Part shown: one piece after another, positions 8,896 through 18,866 of the stretch
How positions within the stretch are numbered: position 1 is the stretch's first letter
Layout: every line of letters starts with the position of its first letter
Assembly: GCA_036443455.1 (NCBI GenBank)
Contig: JAZFYI010000197.1
Span: 1-46,014 of the forward strand
Source: Gammaproteobacteria bacterium
GTDB lineage: Bacteria > Pseudomonadota > Gammaproteobacteria > Steroidobacterales > MnTg04
Reading direction: 5' to 3'
DNA: 46,014 nucleotides
Position numbers and translations under genes: made by a program
Notes under the pieces: generated by a model
Told to the model about the DNA's origin: nothing
The model's database searches: none
The model's input: only the letters and a program-made list of their open reading frames with translations

Positions 8896-10644
8896 TCATC
8901 CATCGACCGCGACCCTCTCGGATTGCCGTTTGGCCAGTAAATCCTTTAACTCCGCTTTTTCATCTGCGCTGAGCACGTTTTCGCGGGCAGTGTCCAGCAG
9001 CGTGTCCAGCCTGGTCGCAGCGGATTGCCGGCTCAATATGTTCAGGGTGTCGCGAAATTCGGCGATCGCTTCTTCCTCATCCACCAGTGATTCTGATGCG
9101 GCAAGCTTCATCAGGGCCGCAGACTGATCATCATCGCGGTGTCTTTCCAGCAACATCGCGGTCGTGATGTCGGGGCTTTGCAAGGCATCCTCGAGTAGCA
9201 TACGCAGAATCCGGCATCCTTCGCCGTCCATCTCCAGCAACCAGCGGGTATCGCCGGCATGAGCCGCCACCGCGGGATAACGCAGCAGGGTTGTCACGGC
9301 CTGGCGGACCAGGTCACCCCGGCCGCTGCTGCGGCTACGCTGAAGGACCCGTTTCGGTCTGTCGTCATCTTTCGCCAACTGCCGGGCCAGGCGATTGCCA
9401 GCGCCCGCAAGCTCCGCGATCTCGTTGGCGAGCAATTCCCTGAATGCGCCGGCCGGTATCTGCCTGAGAAACGGCCTGGCGAGTTCGGCGAAGCGAGCCT
9501 TGCCATCCAGTTTGTTCATATCCACCTGCTCGCTCAGGTGTCGTATCAGGTATTCGGACAGGGTTTCTGCCTGCGCCATGTAGCTTGCGAACGTCTCGGC
9601 GCCGCTTTCGCGAACCAGCGAGTCCGGGTCCTGGCCATCGGGCAGAAACAGGAACCTGAGCTGGTGGCCCCCGCCGGTCTGCGGCAGGGCGTTTTCGAGC
9701 GCTCGCCAGGCTGCGGCCCGACCGGCCCGGTCGCCATCGAAACAAAAAACGACTTCCTCGGAAGCCTGAAACAGGCGTCTCAGATGTGCGTTAGTCGTTG
9801 CCGTGCCCAGGGTCGCCACCGCATTGCAAATCCCGTGCTGGGCCAGGCCGACGACATCCATATAGCCTTCGACCACGATCAGTCTGGCCAATTCCCGGTT
9901 TTCCTGGCGTGCTTCGTACAGGCCATACAACTCGCTTCCCTTGTGGAAAAGGCTGGTTTCCGGCGAGTTCAGGTACTTTGGCTCACCTTTGTCCAGCACC
10001 CGCCCGCCAAATCCTATGCAACGGCCGCGACTGTCGCGTATGGGGAACATGATGCGGTCGCGAAAACGGTCGTAGACCTTGTTTTGCTCTTTTTCAATCA
10101 CCAGGCCGGCCAGCACCAGCCGCTCCTTTGTCTTGCTGTCGGTCCCCAGTTCCTTGAGCAATTCGTCCCAGGAATCGGCGGCGTACCCGATGCCGAAGCG
10201 GGCGGCTGTTTCGCCGCTGAGGCCTCTTTTTTTCAGATAAGCGATCGCGCGATCATTTTCCTTCAACTGCTGGCGAAAAAAATTCTCCGCGTCGGCGAGC
10301 AACGGGTACAGATCCGGGTCCCGGCGTGGCGCCGAGGGGCCGCCTTCGTGCGGCACTTCCATGCCCATGCTGGCGGCCAGCGTTTCCACGGCCTCGACAA
10401 ACTCCAGCCGATCGTATTCCATGATGAAGCCCAGCGCGGTGCCATGCGCGTTGCAGCCAAAGCAGTGATAAAACTGCTTGGCCTGGCTCACGGTAAAAGA
10501 CGGTGTTTTCTCATCGTGAAAAGGACAGCAAGCCTTGTACTCACGACCCGCCTTTTTTAGCTGGATACGGGTACCGATCAGGTCGACGATATCTGTCCGA
10601 CCGATCAGTTCATCAATGAAATGTTTTGGAATGCGGCCTGCCAT
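8896..10644 (-). CDS. dnaG: DNA primase DnaG
   Basis: Zinc-ribbon CPFHDEKTPSFTVSQAKQFYHCFGC, a TOPRIM core (VVEGYMDV, FDGDRAG), and a C-terminal helicase-binding region. Confidence 0.97.
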   Translation of the reverse strand: MAGRIPKHFIDELIGRTDIVDLIGTRIQLKKAGREYKACCPFHDEKTPSFTVSQAKQFYHCFGCNAHGTALGFIMEYDRLEFVEAVETLAASMGMEVPHEGGPSAPRRDPDLYPLLADAENFFRQQLKENDRAIAYLKKRGLSGETAARFGIGYAADSWDELLKELGTDSKTKERLVLAGLVIEKEQNKVYDRFRDRIMFPIRDSRGRCIGFGGRVLDKGEPKYLNSPETSLFHKGSELYGLYEARQENRELARLIVVEGYMDVVGLAQHGICNAVATLGTATTNAHLRRLFQASEEVVFCFDGDRAGRAAAWRALENALPQTGGGHQLRFLFLPDGQDPDSLVRESGAETFASYMAQAETLSEYLIRHLSEQVDMNKLDGKARFAELARPFLRQIPAGAFRELLANEIAELAGAGNRLARQLAKDDDRPKRVLQRSRSSGRGDLVRQAVTTLLRYPAVAAHAGDTRWLLEMDGEGCRILRMLLEDALQSPDITTAMLLERHRDDDQSAALMKLAASESLVDEEEAIAEFRDTLNILSRQSAATRLDTLLDTARENVLSADEKAELKDLLAKRQSERVAVDG

Positions 10645-10761
10645 CTGAATCCCGAATGGAAAAAACTGCTGCCGCCGCGGCGTTTCGGTCTGGCGGCTCC
10701 ATACTGAATATAGTCAACGACGCTTGATATCGCTGTTTCGGTTCAGTCTAGCCCGGATTAT

Positions 10762-11217
10762 TCACGAATGCGCTGGCGCTAGACGCGCGCGGACCTGCGG
10801 GCTGACTTTTGCCATGTCTGCGCGACCGTGAGCGCGGGCTTTGATTTGCCCCATCACCTGCCCCATGTCCTTGATGTTGCTGGCTCCCGTTTCGCGAATG
10901 ACTTCGTCGATCAAGGCGGCGAGTTCCGCCTCGCCGAGCGGCTCCGGAAGATAAGCTTTGAGGATCAGAATTTCTGATTCTTCCTTGGCAGCCAGCTCTT
11001 CGCGTTCCGCTTTCCTGTACAAATCGGCCGACTCGCGGCGCTGCTTGATCAGTTTCTCGGCCACGCCGATAATCTGCACTTCGTCCAGTTCGATGCGCTC
11101 ATCCACTTCTTTTTGCTGGATCGCCGCCAGCAACATGCGGATGGTCACCAGGCGTTCTTTTTCGCCACCCTTGAGGGCGGTCTTCATATCGTTCTCGATA
11201 TCCGACCGTGATGGCAT
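10762..11217 (-). CDS. GatB/YqeY domain protein
   Basis: MKTALKGGEKERLVTIRMLLAAIQQKEVD... is the typical YqeY family sequence. It sits between rpsU and dnaG, as in many Proteobacteria. Confidence 0.9.
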   Translation of the reverse strand: MPSRSDIENDMKTALKGGEKERLVTIRMLLAAIQQKEVDERIELDEVQIIGVAEKLIKQRRESADLYRKAEREELAAKEESEILILKAYLPEPLGEAELAALIDEVIRETGASNIKDMGQVMGQIKARAHGRADMAKVSPQVRARLAPAHS

Positions 11218-11222
11218 GGAGG

Positions 11223-11438
11223 TCAGTAAAGGCGTGTGCGGCGGGAGTTGTCCCTCGACAGGCGCTTCATGTGGCGCTTGACTGCCGCGGCTTTCTTGCG
11301 CTTGCGTTCCTGGGTCGGTTTCTCGTAATACTCGCGCCGGCGGAGCTCGGTGAGAATACCGGCTTTCTCGCAGGCACGCTTGAAACGGCGCAACGCGGCG
11401 TCAAAATACTCGTTCTCTTTAACTCGAACGCTGGGCAT
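11223..11438 (-). CDS. rpsU: 30S ribosomal protein S21
   Basis: [55 protein letters not shown]. Confidence 0.97.
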   Translation of the reverse strand: MPSVRVKENEYFDAALRRFKRACEKAGILTELRRREYYEKPTQERKRKKAAAVKRHMKRLSRDNSRRTRLY

Positions 11439-11583
11439 CTAAATCACAACCTTTACACTAGTCCGGATTGCCGGGTCAAAAAATCCGGGCCTGGCCCGGA
11501 TGCAAGACGCGGAATTCTAAACGCGGCCGTGTAGAATTGCAAAGATTCAGTTACCTGAAAAGGCTTTTTCCAGGGACCCCCCA

Positions 11584-12588
11584 ATGCGTGTACTGGGTAT
11601 AGAAACCTCCTGCGACGAAACCGGGGTCGCGGTTTACGATGGCGATCAGGGCCTGGTCGCAAATGCCCTTTACTCGCAGGTCGGTCTGCACGCCCGGTAT
11701 GGCGGCGTGGTCCCGGAGCTGGCATCGCGCGATCATGTGAGAAAATTGACCCCGATGCTGCGCGAGGTAACCGCGCAGGCGGGGGGCCGGATAGATGGGA
11801 TCGCCTATACAGCAGGGCCAGGGCTGGTTGGGGCGCTGATGGTCGGTGCGGCGGTCGCCCGGAGCCTGGCTTATGGATGGCAGGTTCCGGCGCTGGGGCT
11901 GCACCACATGGAAGGGCACTTGCTCGCGGCCATGCTGGAGCCGGACCCCCCGCAATTTCCCTTCGTTTCGCTGCTGGTGTCCGGCGGGCATACGCTGTTG
12001 GTCGATGTCCTTGGCCTTGGCGTCTATCGCGTACTGGGGGAAACACTCGACGATGCGGTTGGCGAGGCGTTTGACAAGACCGCCAAGCTGCTCGGACTGC
12101 CTTATCCCGGGGGTCCCGCGCTGGCCAAACTGGCTGGCGCAGGGCACTCTGGCCGCTTCGATTTACCCCGGCCGATGCTGGATCGTCCGGGGCTGGATTT
12201 CAGTTTTTCAGGCCTGAAGACTGCGGCGATGCTGGCCTGGAACAAGTCCGATCAGAGCGCCGCCTCGCGGGCCGACCTGGCCTGGGCGTTTGAAGACGCT
12301 GCAATCGATACGCTGGTCGGCAAATCCCTGCGCGCGCTGCAGCAGACGGGTCGCAAGACCCTGGTGGTCGCCGGCGGCGTCGGCGCCAACCAGAAACTGC
12401 GCAAAACACTGGCTGATGCGATCGGCGAGTGCGGCGGGCGGGTGCATTATCCCAGACCCGAATTTTGTACCGACAACGGGTCGATGATCGCCTATGCGGG
12501 ATACCTGCGGATGAAGGCCGGGGAGTCGGATTCGGGTGGGATATGCGTGCGTACGCGCTGGCCGCTGGACCAGCTTTCGCCGCCATGA
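11584..12588 (+). CDS. tsaD: tRNA N6-adenosine threonylcarbamoyltransferase TsaD
   Basis: [19 protein letters not shown]..., the HHMEGH metal motif and [10 protein letters not shown]. It is divergent from rpsU, as in E. coli ygjD. Confidence 0.95.
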   Translation: MRVLGIETSCDETGVAVYDGDQGLVANALYSQVGLHARYGGVVPELASRDHVRKLTPMLREVTAQAGGRIDGIAYTAGPGLVGALMVGAAVARSLAYGWQVPALGLHHMEGHLLAAMLEPDPPQFPFVSLLVSGGHTLLVDVLGLGVYRVLGETLDDAVGEAFDKTAKLLGLPYPGGPALAKLAGAGHSGRFDLPRPMLDRPGLDFSFSGLKTAAMLAWNKSDQSAASRADLAWAFEDAAIDTLVGKSLRALQQTGRKTLVVAGGVGANQKLRKTLADAIGECGGRVHYPRPEFCTDNGSMIAYAGYLRMKAGESDSGGICVRTRWPLDQLSPP

Positions 12589-12974
12589 AGCAACAGCACG
12601 GAGACGCCACAGTGGACAAAGTTTTTTTGCATGACCTGAGGGTCCAGACCACGATCGGGATATTCGATTGGGAGCGTCGCATCAGGCAAACCATCGGTAT
12701 CGACCTGGAAATGGCCAGCGATGTGCGCAAGGCGGCGGCAACTGACGAAATCGGCGAGGCGCTGGATTACAAGAAAGTCGCCAAGCGCATAATCGCCTTC
12801 GTCGAAGCCGCGGAGTTTCAACTGGTGGAATCGCTGGCCGAGGCGATCGCGAAAATCGTGACCGATGAGTTTTCCGTGCCCTGGGTCCGCGTTTCCGTCA
12901 ACAAGCAAGGGGCGGTTCGAGGTGCGGCCGGCGTCGGCATTATTATCGAGCGTGGGGAAATTGCCGGTGGCTGA
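12585..12974 (+). CDS. folB: dihydroneopterin aldolase FolB
   Basis: [33 protein letters not shown] and ...DYKKVAKRI are FolB hallmarks. ATG 12585 overlaps the tsaD stop (ATGA). Confidence 0.85.
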   Translation: MKQQHGDATVDKVFLHDLRVQTTIGIFDWERRIRQTIGIDLEMASDVRKAAATDEIGEALDYKKVAKRIIAFVEAAEFQLVESLAEAIAKIVTDEFSVPWVRVSVNKQGAVRGAAGVGIIIERGEIAGG

Positions 12975-13455
12975 GGCCTTTGTAGGCATCGGCAGCAATA
13001 TCCAGCCGCAGCGGTTTCTGAGCGCCGGCATCGGTTTGCTGCGGGAGCGATTCGGCCCCCTGGAATTGTCGCCGGTCTATCGGAACTCGGCGGTGGGATT
13101 CGATGGCGACGATTTCTTTAACCTGGTGGCCGGTTTTTCCAGCACCCGGGAACCGCTGGACCTGGCGACCGAGCTGCGCATGATCGAAGATCGCTGCCAG
13201 CGGGACCGCAGCCTTCCCCGCTATGCCCCGAGAACGCTGGATCTCGATTTGCTGCTCTTTGGGGACGCCATGATTAGCGTTGCCGGCCTGGTACTTCCCC
13301 GACCGGAAATTTTGCAACGATCCTATATCCTCAAGCCTATGGCCGATCTGCGGCCGGACATGCTGCACCCGGCTGGCAAACTGAGTTTTGCCGAATTGTG
13401 GCAACGCTTTGACGCCGCCAGCCATCCGCTGCACGAGATCGCTATGGTGTTGTGA
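12967..13455 (+). CDS. folK: 2-amino-4-hydroxy-6-hydroxymethyldihydropterin pyrophosphokinase FolK
   Basis: AFVGIGSN...SPVYRN...PRTLDLDLLLFG...LPRPEI are HPPK motifs. The start is uncertain: GTG 12967 is chosen, with GTG 12952 and TTG 12961 as alternatives. Confidence 0.85.
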   Translation: MAEAFVGIGSNIQPQRFLSAGIGLLRERFGPLELSPVYRNSAVGFDGDDFFNLVAGFSSTREPLDLATELRMIEDRCQRDRSLPRYAPRTLDLDLLLFGDAMISVAGLVLPRPEILQRSYILKPMADLRPDMLHPAGKLSFAELWQRFDAASHPLHEIAMVL

Positions 13456-14203
13456 GGCTGCGGCCGCCATCCACGGCAATGACCTGACCCGTGATATAGC
13501 CGGCGCGGGTCGCCAGAAAGACTGCGAGGCTGGCAATATCGCCGGCGTCGCCGGTTCTGCCCATCGGGGTCTGCGCCAGGATCGCATCCTTCTGCTCGGC
13601 GGAAAAACCTCGCGCAGGCCACAAAATGGCGCCGGGCGCGATGCCATTGACCCTGACCTCGGGGGCCAGCTCAAGGGCCAGCGAGCGGGTCAGCATCGAC
13701 AGGCCGGCCTTGGCGACACAGTAAACCGAGTATCCCGCCAGCGGTTTGTCGGCATGGATATCCAGGATGTTGAGGATCAGGCCGCCGGATTCTTTCAACG
13801 GCGGCAGCACCGCCTGGCTGAGAAAAAAAGGCGCGCGGAGATTACTGTCGATCAGGCGATCCCAGGCGTCTTCGCCGACCGAGCCAAAAGGCGTGGCAAA
13901 AAAATCGGCTGCGTTGTTGACCAGGACATCCAGCCGTCCGCCATGTTCCCTGACCTTTGCCGCGAGGCCCGCCGGGGCCAGTGGATCCTGCAGATCGGCG
14001 TGAATTGCAACGGCGGAGTCTGCTCGGTCGGCGTTCAGTTCCCTGGCCAGTTGCTGTGCCTGTTCCCTGGAATTGCGATAATGGACGAGCACGCGGGCGC
14101 CCGCACGATGGCATTCGCGAACTATCGATGCGCCGATTCGCCTGGCGCCACCGGTCACCAATACGGTTTTTTTCTCCAGCCCGGTTGGCGTGTTCTTATT
14201 CAT
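13442..14203 (-). CDS. SDR family reductase, pteridine reductase-like
   Basis: VTGGARRIGASI, NNAA and YCVAKAGL motifs. Its position next to folB/folK suggests a pterin-related role. That function is inferred. Confidence 0.7.
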   Translation of the reverse strand: MNKNTPTGLEKKTVLVTGGARRIGASIVRECHRAGARVLVHYRNSREQAQQLARELNADRADSAVAIHADLQDPLAPAGLAAKVREHGGRLDVLVNNAADFFATPFGSVGEDAWDRLIDSNLRAPFFLSQAVLPPLKESGGLILNILDIHADKPLAGYSVYCVAKAGLSMLTRSLALELAPEVRVNGIAPGAILWPARGFSAEQKDAILAQTPMGRTGDAGDIASLAVFLATRAGYITGQVIAVDGGRSLTTP

Positions 14204-14333
14204 TCATTTTCGCTTGGTCGATAGTGCAAAGGTATCACTGCGGAATGGTTGCGTGGATGATTACAATACAACTCCCGGCTGTTTGCAGGCTATGGCAACG
14301 AGGCTGGCCCATTCGACAGACACAGGACGCTTT

Positions 14334-15518
14334 ATGAGCGCTGCAAGATTGCCGGTTCCGGCGGCAGACGCACAGGTGCTAAGCCAGGCTCTTTGCGCCG
14401 CGCTGCGCAAGGAAATCAGGGCCATCGGCGAGCTGAGCTTTGCCCGTTATATGGAAATCGCTTTGTATGAACCCGGGCTGGGTTATTACAGCGCCGGTAG
14501 CCGGAAATTTGGCGAGCATGGAGATTTTGTCACCGCGCCGGAGATTTCTCCGCTGTTTTCACGCTGCCTGGCCAGGCAGTGCGCGCAGGTGTTCGGCGCG
14601 ATCGGCGACAGCGAGCAGCGAACCATACTCGAGCTGGGCGCTGGCAGCGGCGCAATGGCTGCCGATATCCTGGCCGAACTGTCAGCCATGGATTGCCTGC
14701 CGGATCGTTATCTCATCCTGGAAGTCAGCGCAGACTTGCGCGATCGCCAGCAGGCCAGGCTGGCAGACTATATGCCCGGGTTTTTCCCAAGCATCGAGTG
14801 GCTGGTGGATTTTCCCGCGATCCCGATTCATGGCTGCATCGTCGCCAATGAAGTGCTCGATGCGCTGCCGGTCGAGCGTTTTGTTATTGCGGATGGACGG
14901 CTGCAACAAGTCATGGTCGGGCTGGAAGATGAGCTTTTTTGCTTGCGCACGCGGGAAATGCCGGCGAAGCTGGCCAGCCAGTTGAGCGGTCGCCTGGCAT
15001 TGCCGGTGGCGAATTATCCACCCGGTTACACCTCTGAGTTTTGCCCTGCGCTGGGCCCGTGGGTCGCATCGATCGCGGCCAGCCTGGCCGAAGGAATGCT
15101 GCTGTTTAGCGATTATGGCTTCAACCGCGCCGACTACTATCACCCGGATCGCGCCGGCGGAACGCTGATGTGCCACTACCGCCATCGTGCGCACGCCGAG
15201 GTTTTTTTCTGGCCGGGGTTGCAGGATATCACCGCCTGGGTCGATTTTTCCGCGGTGGCAGAAGCGGCTGCGGACAGCGGGCTGGAACTGGCCGGCTTTA
15301 CGACCCAGGCACACTGGTTGTTGTCGCTGGGTCTGGATGAACTGGTGGCGCAGTCGGTTGCCGGCGATCAGAAAGAGCAGCTGGAATTGGCGCAGCAGCT
15401 AAAAACCCTTACCCTGCCCGGGGAAATGGGCGAACGGTTCAAGGCGATCGCGTTTACCCGCGGGCTGGATATCGCCCTGCGCGGGTTCGCGATGCGCGAT
15501 TTCAGCGACCGCCTGTGA
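14334..15518 (+). CDS. class I SAM-dependent methyltransferase (DUF185 / NDUFAF7-like)
   Basis: FARYMEIALYEPGLGYY...GDFVTAPEISPLF...ILELGAGSGAMA...ANEVLDALPV. The start is either 14334 or 14292. Confidence 0.75.
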   Translation: MSAARLPVPAADAQVLSQALCAALRKEIRAIGELSFARYMEIALYEPGLGYYSAGSRKFGEHGDFVTAPEISPLFSRCLARQCAQVFGAIGDSEQRTILELGAGSGAMAADILAELSAMDCLPDRYLILEVSADLRDRQQARLADYMPGFFPSIEWLVDFPAIPIHGCIVANEVLDALPVERFVIADGRLQQVMVGLEDELFCLRTREMPAKLASQLSGRLALPVANYPPGYTSEFCPALGPWVASIAASLAEGMLLFSDYGFNRADYYHPDRAGGTLMCHYRHRAHAEVFFWPGLQDITAWVDFSAVAEAAADSGLELAGFTTQAHWLLSLGLDELVAQSVAGDQKEQLELAQQLKTLTLPGEMGERFKAIAFTRGLDIALRGFAMRDFSDRL

Positions 15519-15546
15519 ACCAGGCCGGCAAGAGGTAATTCAAGGG

Positions 15547-16347
15547 ATGGATTTACTGCACAGCTTTTGGCTGGCCCTGGTCCAGGGGCTGACCGAATTC
15601 CTGCCCATATCGAGTTCGGCCCACCTGATTCTGGCGCCAAGGTTGCTGGGCTGGTCCGATCAGGGGCTGGCCTTCGATGTCGCCCTTCACCTGGGTACCC
15701 TGTGCGCGGTGACCTGGTATTTCCATGACGACCTGGCGCGTATGACACGCGCCTGGCTGGCGACATTTTCGAGCGGGGAAATAACGGCCGATGGCCGGCT
15801 GGCATGGGGTGTTTTGCTAGGCACCATACCGGTCGGGATGGCGGGTCTCGCCATCGCCGCTTATGCCGACCAGCTTCGCGACCCGATGCTTATTGCGGGA
15901 GCGACTGCGGGTTTCGCTTTGCTGTTGTTGCTGGCCGATGTCGCGAACAAACCTCGCCGGGATGAATACGGCATCGGTTTTCGGGAAATCATGTTGATTG
16001 GCCTGGCCCAGGCGTTCGCGCTGATCCCCGGTGCTTCGAGGTCGGGGATAACGATTACCGCCGGGCTGGCGCTCGGCATGACCCGCGAGGCAGCCGCGCG
16101 GTTTTCGTTCCTGCTGTCGATTCCGGTCATCGCCCTGGCAGTCGTGCTCGAATTGTGGGCGCTGCTGACACAGCCGGAGACGGTCGACTGGCGCGGGCTC
16201 GTCATCGGGGTGCTGGTCGCTTTCCTTAGCGCCTACCTGACGATCCGCTGGTTCCTGTTGCTGCTCGAACGAATCGGGATGCTGCCTTTTGTCATATACC
16301 GGTTGTTGCTGGCCGCGGTAATTTTTGGCGTCTTCTGGTCAGGCTGA
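15547..16347 (+). CDS. uppP: undecaprenyl-diphosphate phosphatase
   Basis: QGLTEFLPISSSAHL and PGASRSGITI are the signature BacA/UppP motifs. The protein has multiple TM helices. Confidence 0.93.
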   Translation: MDLLHSFWLALVQGLTEFLPISSSAHLILAPRLLGWSDQGLAFDVALHLGTLCAVTWYFHDDLARMTRAWLATFSSGEITADGRLAWGVLLGTIPVGMAGLAIAAYADQLRDPMLIAGATAGFALLLLLADVANKPRRDEYGIGFREIMLIGLAQAFALIPGASRSGITITAGLALGMTREAAARFSFLLSIPVIALAVVLELWALLTQPETVDWRGLVIGVLVAFLSAYLTIRWFLLLLERIGMLPFVIYRLLLAAVIFGVFWSG

Positions 16348-16349
16348 GG

Positions 16350-17588
16350 TCAGCCCGGCCCGGCGGCTTGCTTTTTTAAGGCATCGGCTATGGCCCGGCA
16401 ACGGGCCGTCGACAGCCTGGCGCCGATTTCATCTCCCTTCAGGCCATCGAGGTCCAGGGTTTCGGCCGCAATTCCGCCGCTCAGTTGCGCCATGTTTCTG
16501 ACCCGGTCGGCCTGGGGATAGGCGCGCTCGGTGTATCCTTTGCGGCCCCTGTAGTCGGCTTCACAGGCGGTCAGAAAATCCTCCAGCCTTTGTGGCCGGC
16601 GCCAGGCATCGGTCGCCTCGATCAATTTCAGCAGCGTCGCGGGTCGCAATTCCAGGGCTCGATGACAGTGCCCATGCCACTGTGCGACCAGCCGGGCCAG
16701 TCCCTGGTAGGCATTCGGTATGCGCAGGCGGGCGCCCATTTCCAGGATCAGTTCCACACTGCGTTTTTCATGGGCGATGTGTCTTGGCAGCTCGTCCTTC
16801 GGCGTTGTCCCCTTGCCAAGGTCATGGACCAGGACGGCAAAGCGAACGACCGGATCATCGCTGAGTCTGGCCGCAAGCTGCAGCGCCATCATCATGTGCA
16901 CGCCACAGTCGATTTCCGGGTGCCATTTTGGATTTTGGGGAACGCCAAACAGCGCTTCCAGTTCCGGGAACAAGACCGCCAGCGCACCGCAATCCCGCAG
17001 AACCTGGAAAAAAACCTGCGGGCGCAATTCCAGCAGGGCGGTATGCGTTTCCTGCCATATCCGTTCCGCCACCAGTGTGTTCGCCTCGCCGTCGGCGACC
17101 ATGTCGCGCATCAGGTCCATGGTTTCCTCGGCGATCGTGAAGCCGGAATCCGCGAAGCGCGCCGCGAAGCGCGCGACCCTCAGCAGGCGAACCGGATCCT
17201 CTTTGAAGGCGGCAGAGACATGGCGCAGTTTCTTTTTTTCCAGGTCTTCACGCCCGCCACAGGGATCGATCAATTCACCCTCGCTATCGACCGCCATCGC
17301 ATTGATGGTCAGGTCCCTGCGTTGCAAATCCTGCACCAGGGTCACATCGGGTGACGCGTGAACCGTAAATCCCTTGTAGCCCGGCGCGGTTTTTCTTTCG
17401 GTCCTGGCCAGCGCGTATTCTTCACCGGTTTCGGGGTGAATAAAAACCGGGAAATCCCTGCCGACCTGGCGATAACCCAGGCGCAGCATTTCCTCGGGGG
17501 TCGCCCCGGTGACAACCCAGTCTTTTTCCCGGACCGGCAGCCCGAGGCAGCGGTCACGAACCGCTCCACCGACCAGATATATTTCCAT
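16350..17588 (-). CDS. cca: multifunctional CCA-adding enzyme (tRNA nucleotidyltransferase with HD domain)
   Basis: MEIYLVGGAVRDRCLG, RDLTINAMA and the HD motif VLVHDLGK. Confidence 0.93.
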   Translation of the reverse strand: MEIYLVGGAVRDRCLGLPVREKDWVVTGATPEEMLRLGYRQVGRDFPVFIHPETGEEYALARTERKTAPGYKGFTVHASPDVTLVQDLQRRDLTINAMAVDSEGELIDPCGGREDLEKKKLRHVSAAFKEDPVRLLRVARFAARFADSGFTIAEETMDLMRDMVADGEANTLVAERIWQETHTALLELRPQVFFQVLRDCGALAVLFPELEALFGVPQNPKWHPEIDCGVHMMMALQLAARLSDDPVVRFAVLVHDLGKGTTPKDELPRHIAHEKRSVELILEMGARLRIPNAYQGLARLVAQWHGHCHRALELRPATLLKLIEATDAWRRPQRLEDFLTACEADYRGRKGYTERAYPQADRVRNMAQLSGGIAAETLDLDGLKGDEIGARLSTARCRAIADALKKQAAGPG

Positions 17589-17684
17589 GCGGGAATATTA
17601 ACCGAATGTCCGCCTGCCGTTCGGCTACAGTACAATGTCAAGGGCATCGTTCGGTGCACGGGACCACACTGGCCAGGGAAAAAT

Positions 17685-18866
17685 ATGCAAAAAAGACGGG
17701 CCGGAAACTGTTTTTTTGAGGCGCCGGTGCGCCCGCACTGCCTTTTTTCCATGCTCGTGATTTGCCTGGTCCTGGTCGCCATCAATGGTTGCAGCCTGGG
17801 CTATTACGCGCAGGCTATCGGCGGGCAGATGCAGGTGCTCGGCAGGCGGGAATCCATCGACAAGTTGCTCCGTGACCCCGATACCGATGCGGAATTGAAG
17901 GAACGCCTGCGGCGGGTGCTGGAAATCAGGAATTTTGCCAGCGATACCCTGGGTCTGCCGGAAAATGGCAGTTACCGTTATTACGCAGATCTGCAAAGAC
18001 CGTTTGCGGTTTGGAATGTATTCGCCGCCCCCGAGTTTTCGATCGAGCCGGTTGAGTCTTGCTTCCTGGTCATCGGCTGCGTTGCCTACCGGGGGTATTT
18101 CAAGGAAGCCAGCGCGCAGCGTTACGCGCAACGAATGGCGAAAAAAGGCAACGACGTCTATGTGGCCGGGATTAGTGCTTACTCGACACTGGGTCGTTTT
18201 AACGACCCCGTTTTCAACACGATGATCTATTGGGACGAATGGCAACTGGCCGGCGTCATTTTTCATGAATTGGCTCACCAGTGGTTGTATGTCAAAAGCG
18301 ATTCTGCGTTCAGCGAGGCGTTTGCCACGGTAGTCGAGGAATACGCCGTCACCACGTGGCTGCAGTCGCGGCAATCGAGCAGTGAACTTGCCGACTATCA
18401 CGAGCGACACGCCAGCCGTGCGATTTTCGCCAGGATTACCGGCGCTGCCCGCGCAGACCTCAAAATCCTGTTTGCCGCGGATGACACGGAGGCGCATAAA
18501 CGGCAGGGGAAAAGCCGGATATTTTTCGCACTGAAGGAAGAATTTCATCAGCTCAGCAATGAGTATCCGGACTTCGAGAATTTTGCGGCATTCTTCGAGC
18601 AGGATTTGAACAACGCACACCTGGTCTCGGTGGCGACCTATTACGAATTAATGCCGGACCTGCGGTGCCTGTTGCAACAGGCCGCGGCGGGTCAGCTGGA
18701 TGTTTTCCTGGCGCTGGCGACCGAGCTGGCTGCGATCAAGGACAAGGAGTCCCGGCGGCAGCGCCTGCATGCCAACTGTCAGCGTCCGGCAGCTCGCCGC
18801 GCTACATCGCGCTTGTCCCTGGCCATGGCGGGGCCAAGCCAGCCGGGAATCAACCGGGAAAAATGA
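17685..18866 (+). CDS. predicted zinc aminopeptidase lipoprotein (DUF2265-like)
   Basis: Lipobox LVAINGC, a FHELAHQ zinc motif, and an SEAFATVVEE downstream glutamate. Start ATG 17685 is chosen over the much longer ORF-track start. Confidence 0.65.
   Translation: MQKRRAGNCFFEAPVRPHCLFSMLVICLVLVAINGCSLGYYAQAIGGQMQVLGRRESIDKLLRDPDTDAELKERLRRVLEIRNFASDTLGLPENGSYRYYADLQRPFAVWNVFAAPEFSIEPVESCFLVIGCVAYRGYFKEASAQRYAQRMAKKGNDVYVAGISAYSTLGRFNDPVFNTMIYWDEWQLAGVIFHELAHQWLYVKSDSAFSEAFATVVEEYAVTTWLQSRQSSSELADYHERHASRAIFARITGAARADLKILFAADDTEAHKRQGKSRIFFALKEEFHQLSNEYPDFENFAAFFEQDLNNAHLVSVATYYELMPDLRCLLQQAAAGQLDVFLALATELAAIKDKESRRQRLHANCQRPAARRATSRLSLAMAGPSQPGINREK

Noticed and set aside
9259-10560. A long 433-aa ORF antisense to dnaG. 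Similar long antisense ORFs occur at 20911-22053 (opposite degQ), 22837-24321 (opposite nrdJa), 30146-31582 (opposite pruA), 41377-42438 (opposite rocD) and 11551-12147 (opposite tsaD).
   Set aside because: Each lies entirely inside a gene whose protein I recognise confidently. Their translations are Arg/Gly/Pro/Ala-rich low-complexity strings, typical of the stop-poor antisense frames found in GC-rich DNA. None has a recognisable motif.
18779-18866. An 88-nt overlap between the 3' ends of the convergent aminopeptidase-like and NDUFA9-like genes.
   Set aside because: It most likely reflects non-conserved C-terminal tails running on to late stop codons in GC-rich sequence. There is no sign of a functional antisense arrangement. 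Checking the C-terminal ends of orthologues would settle it.
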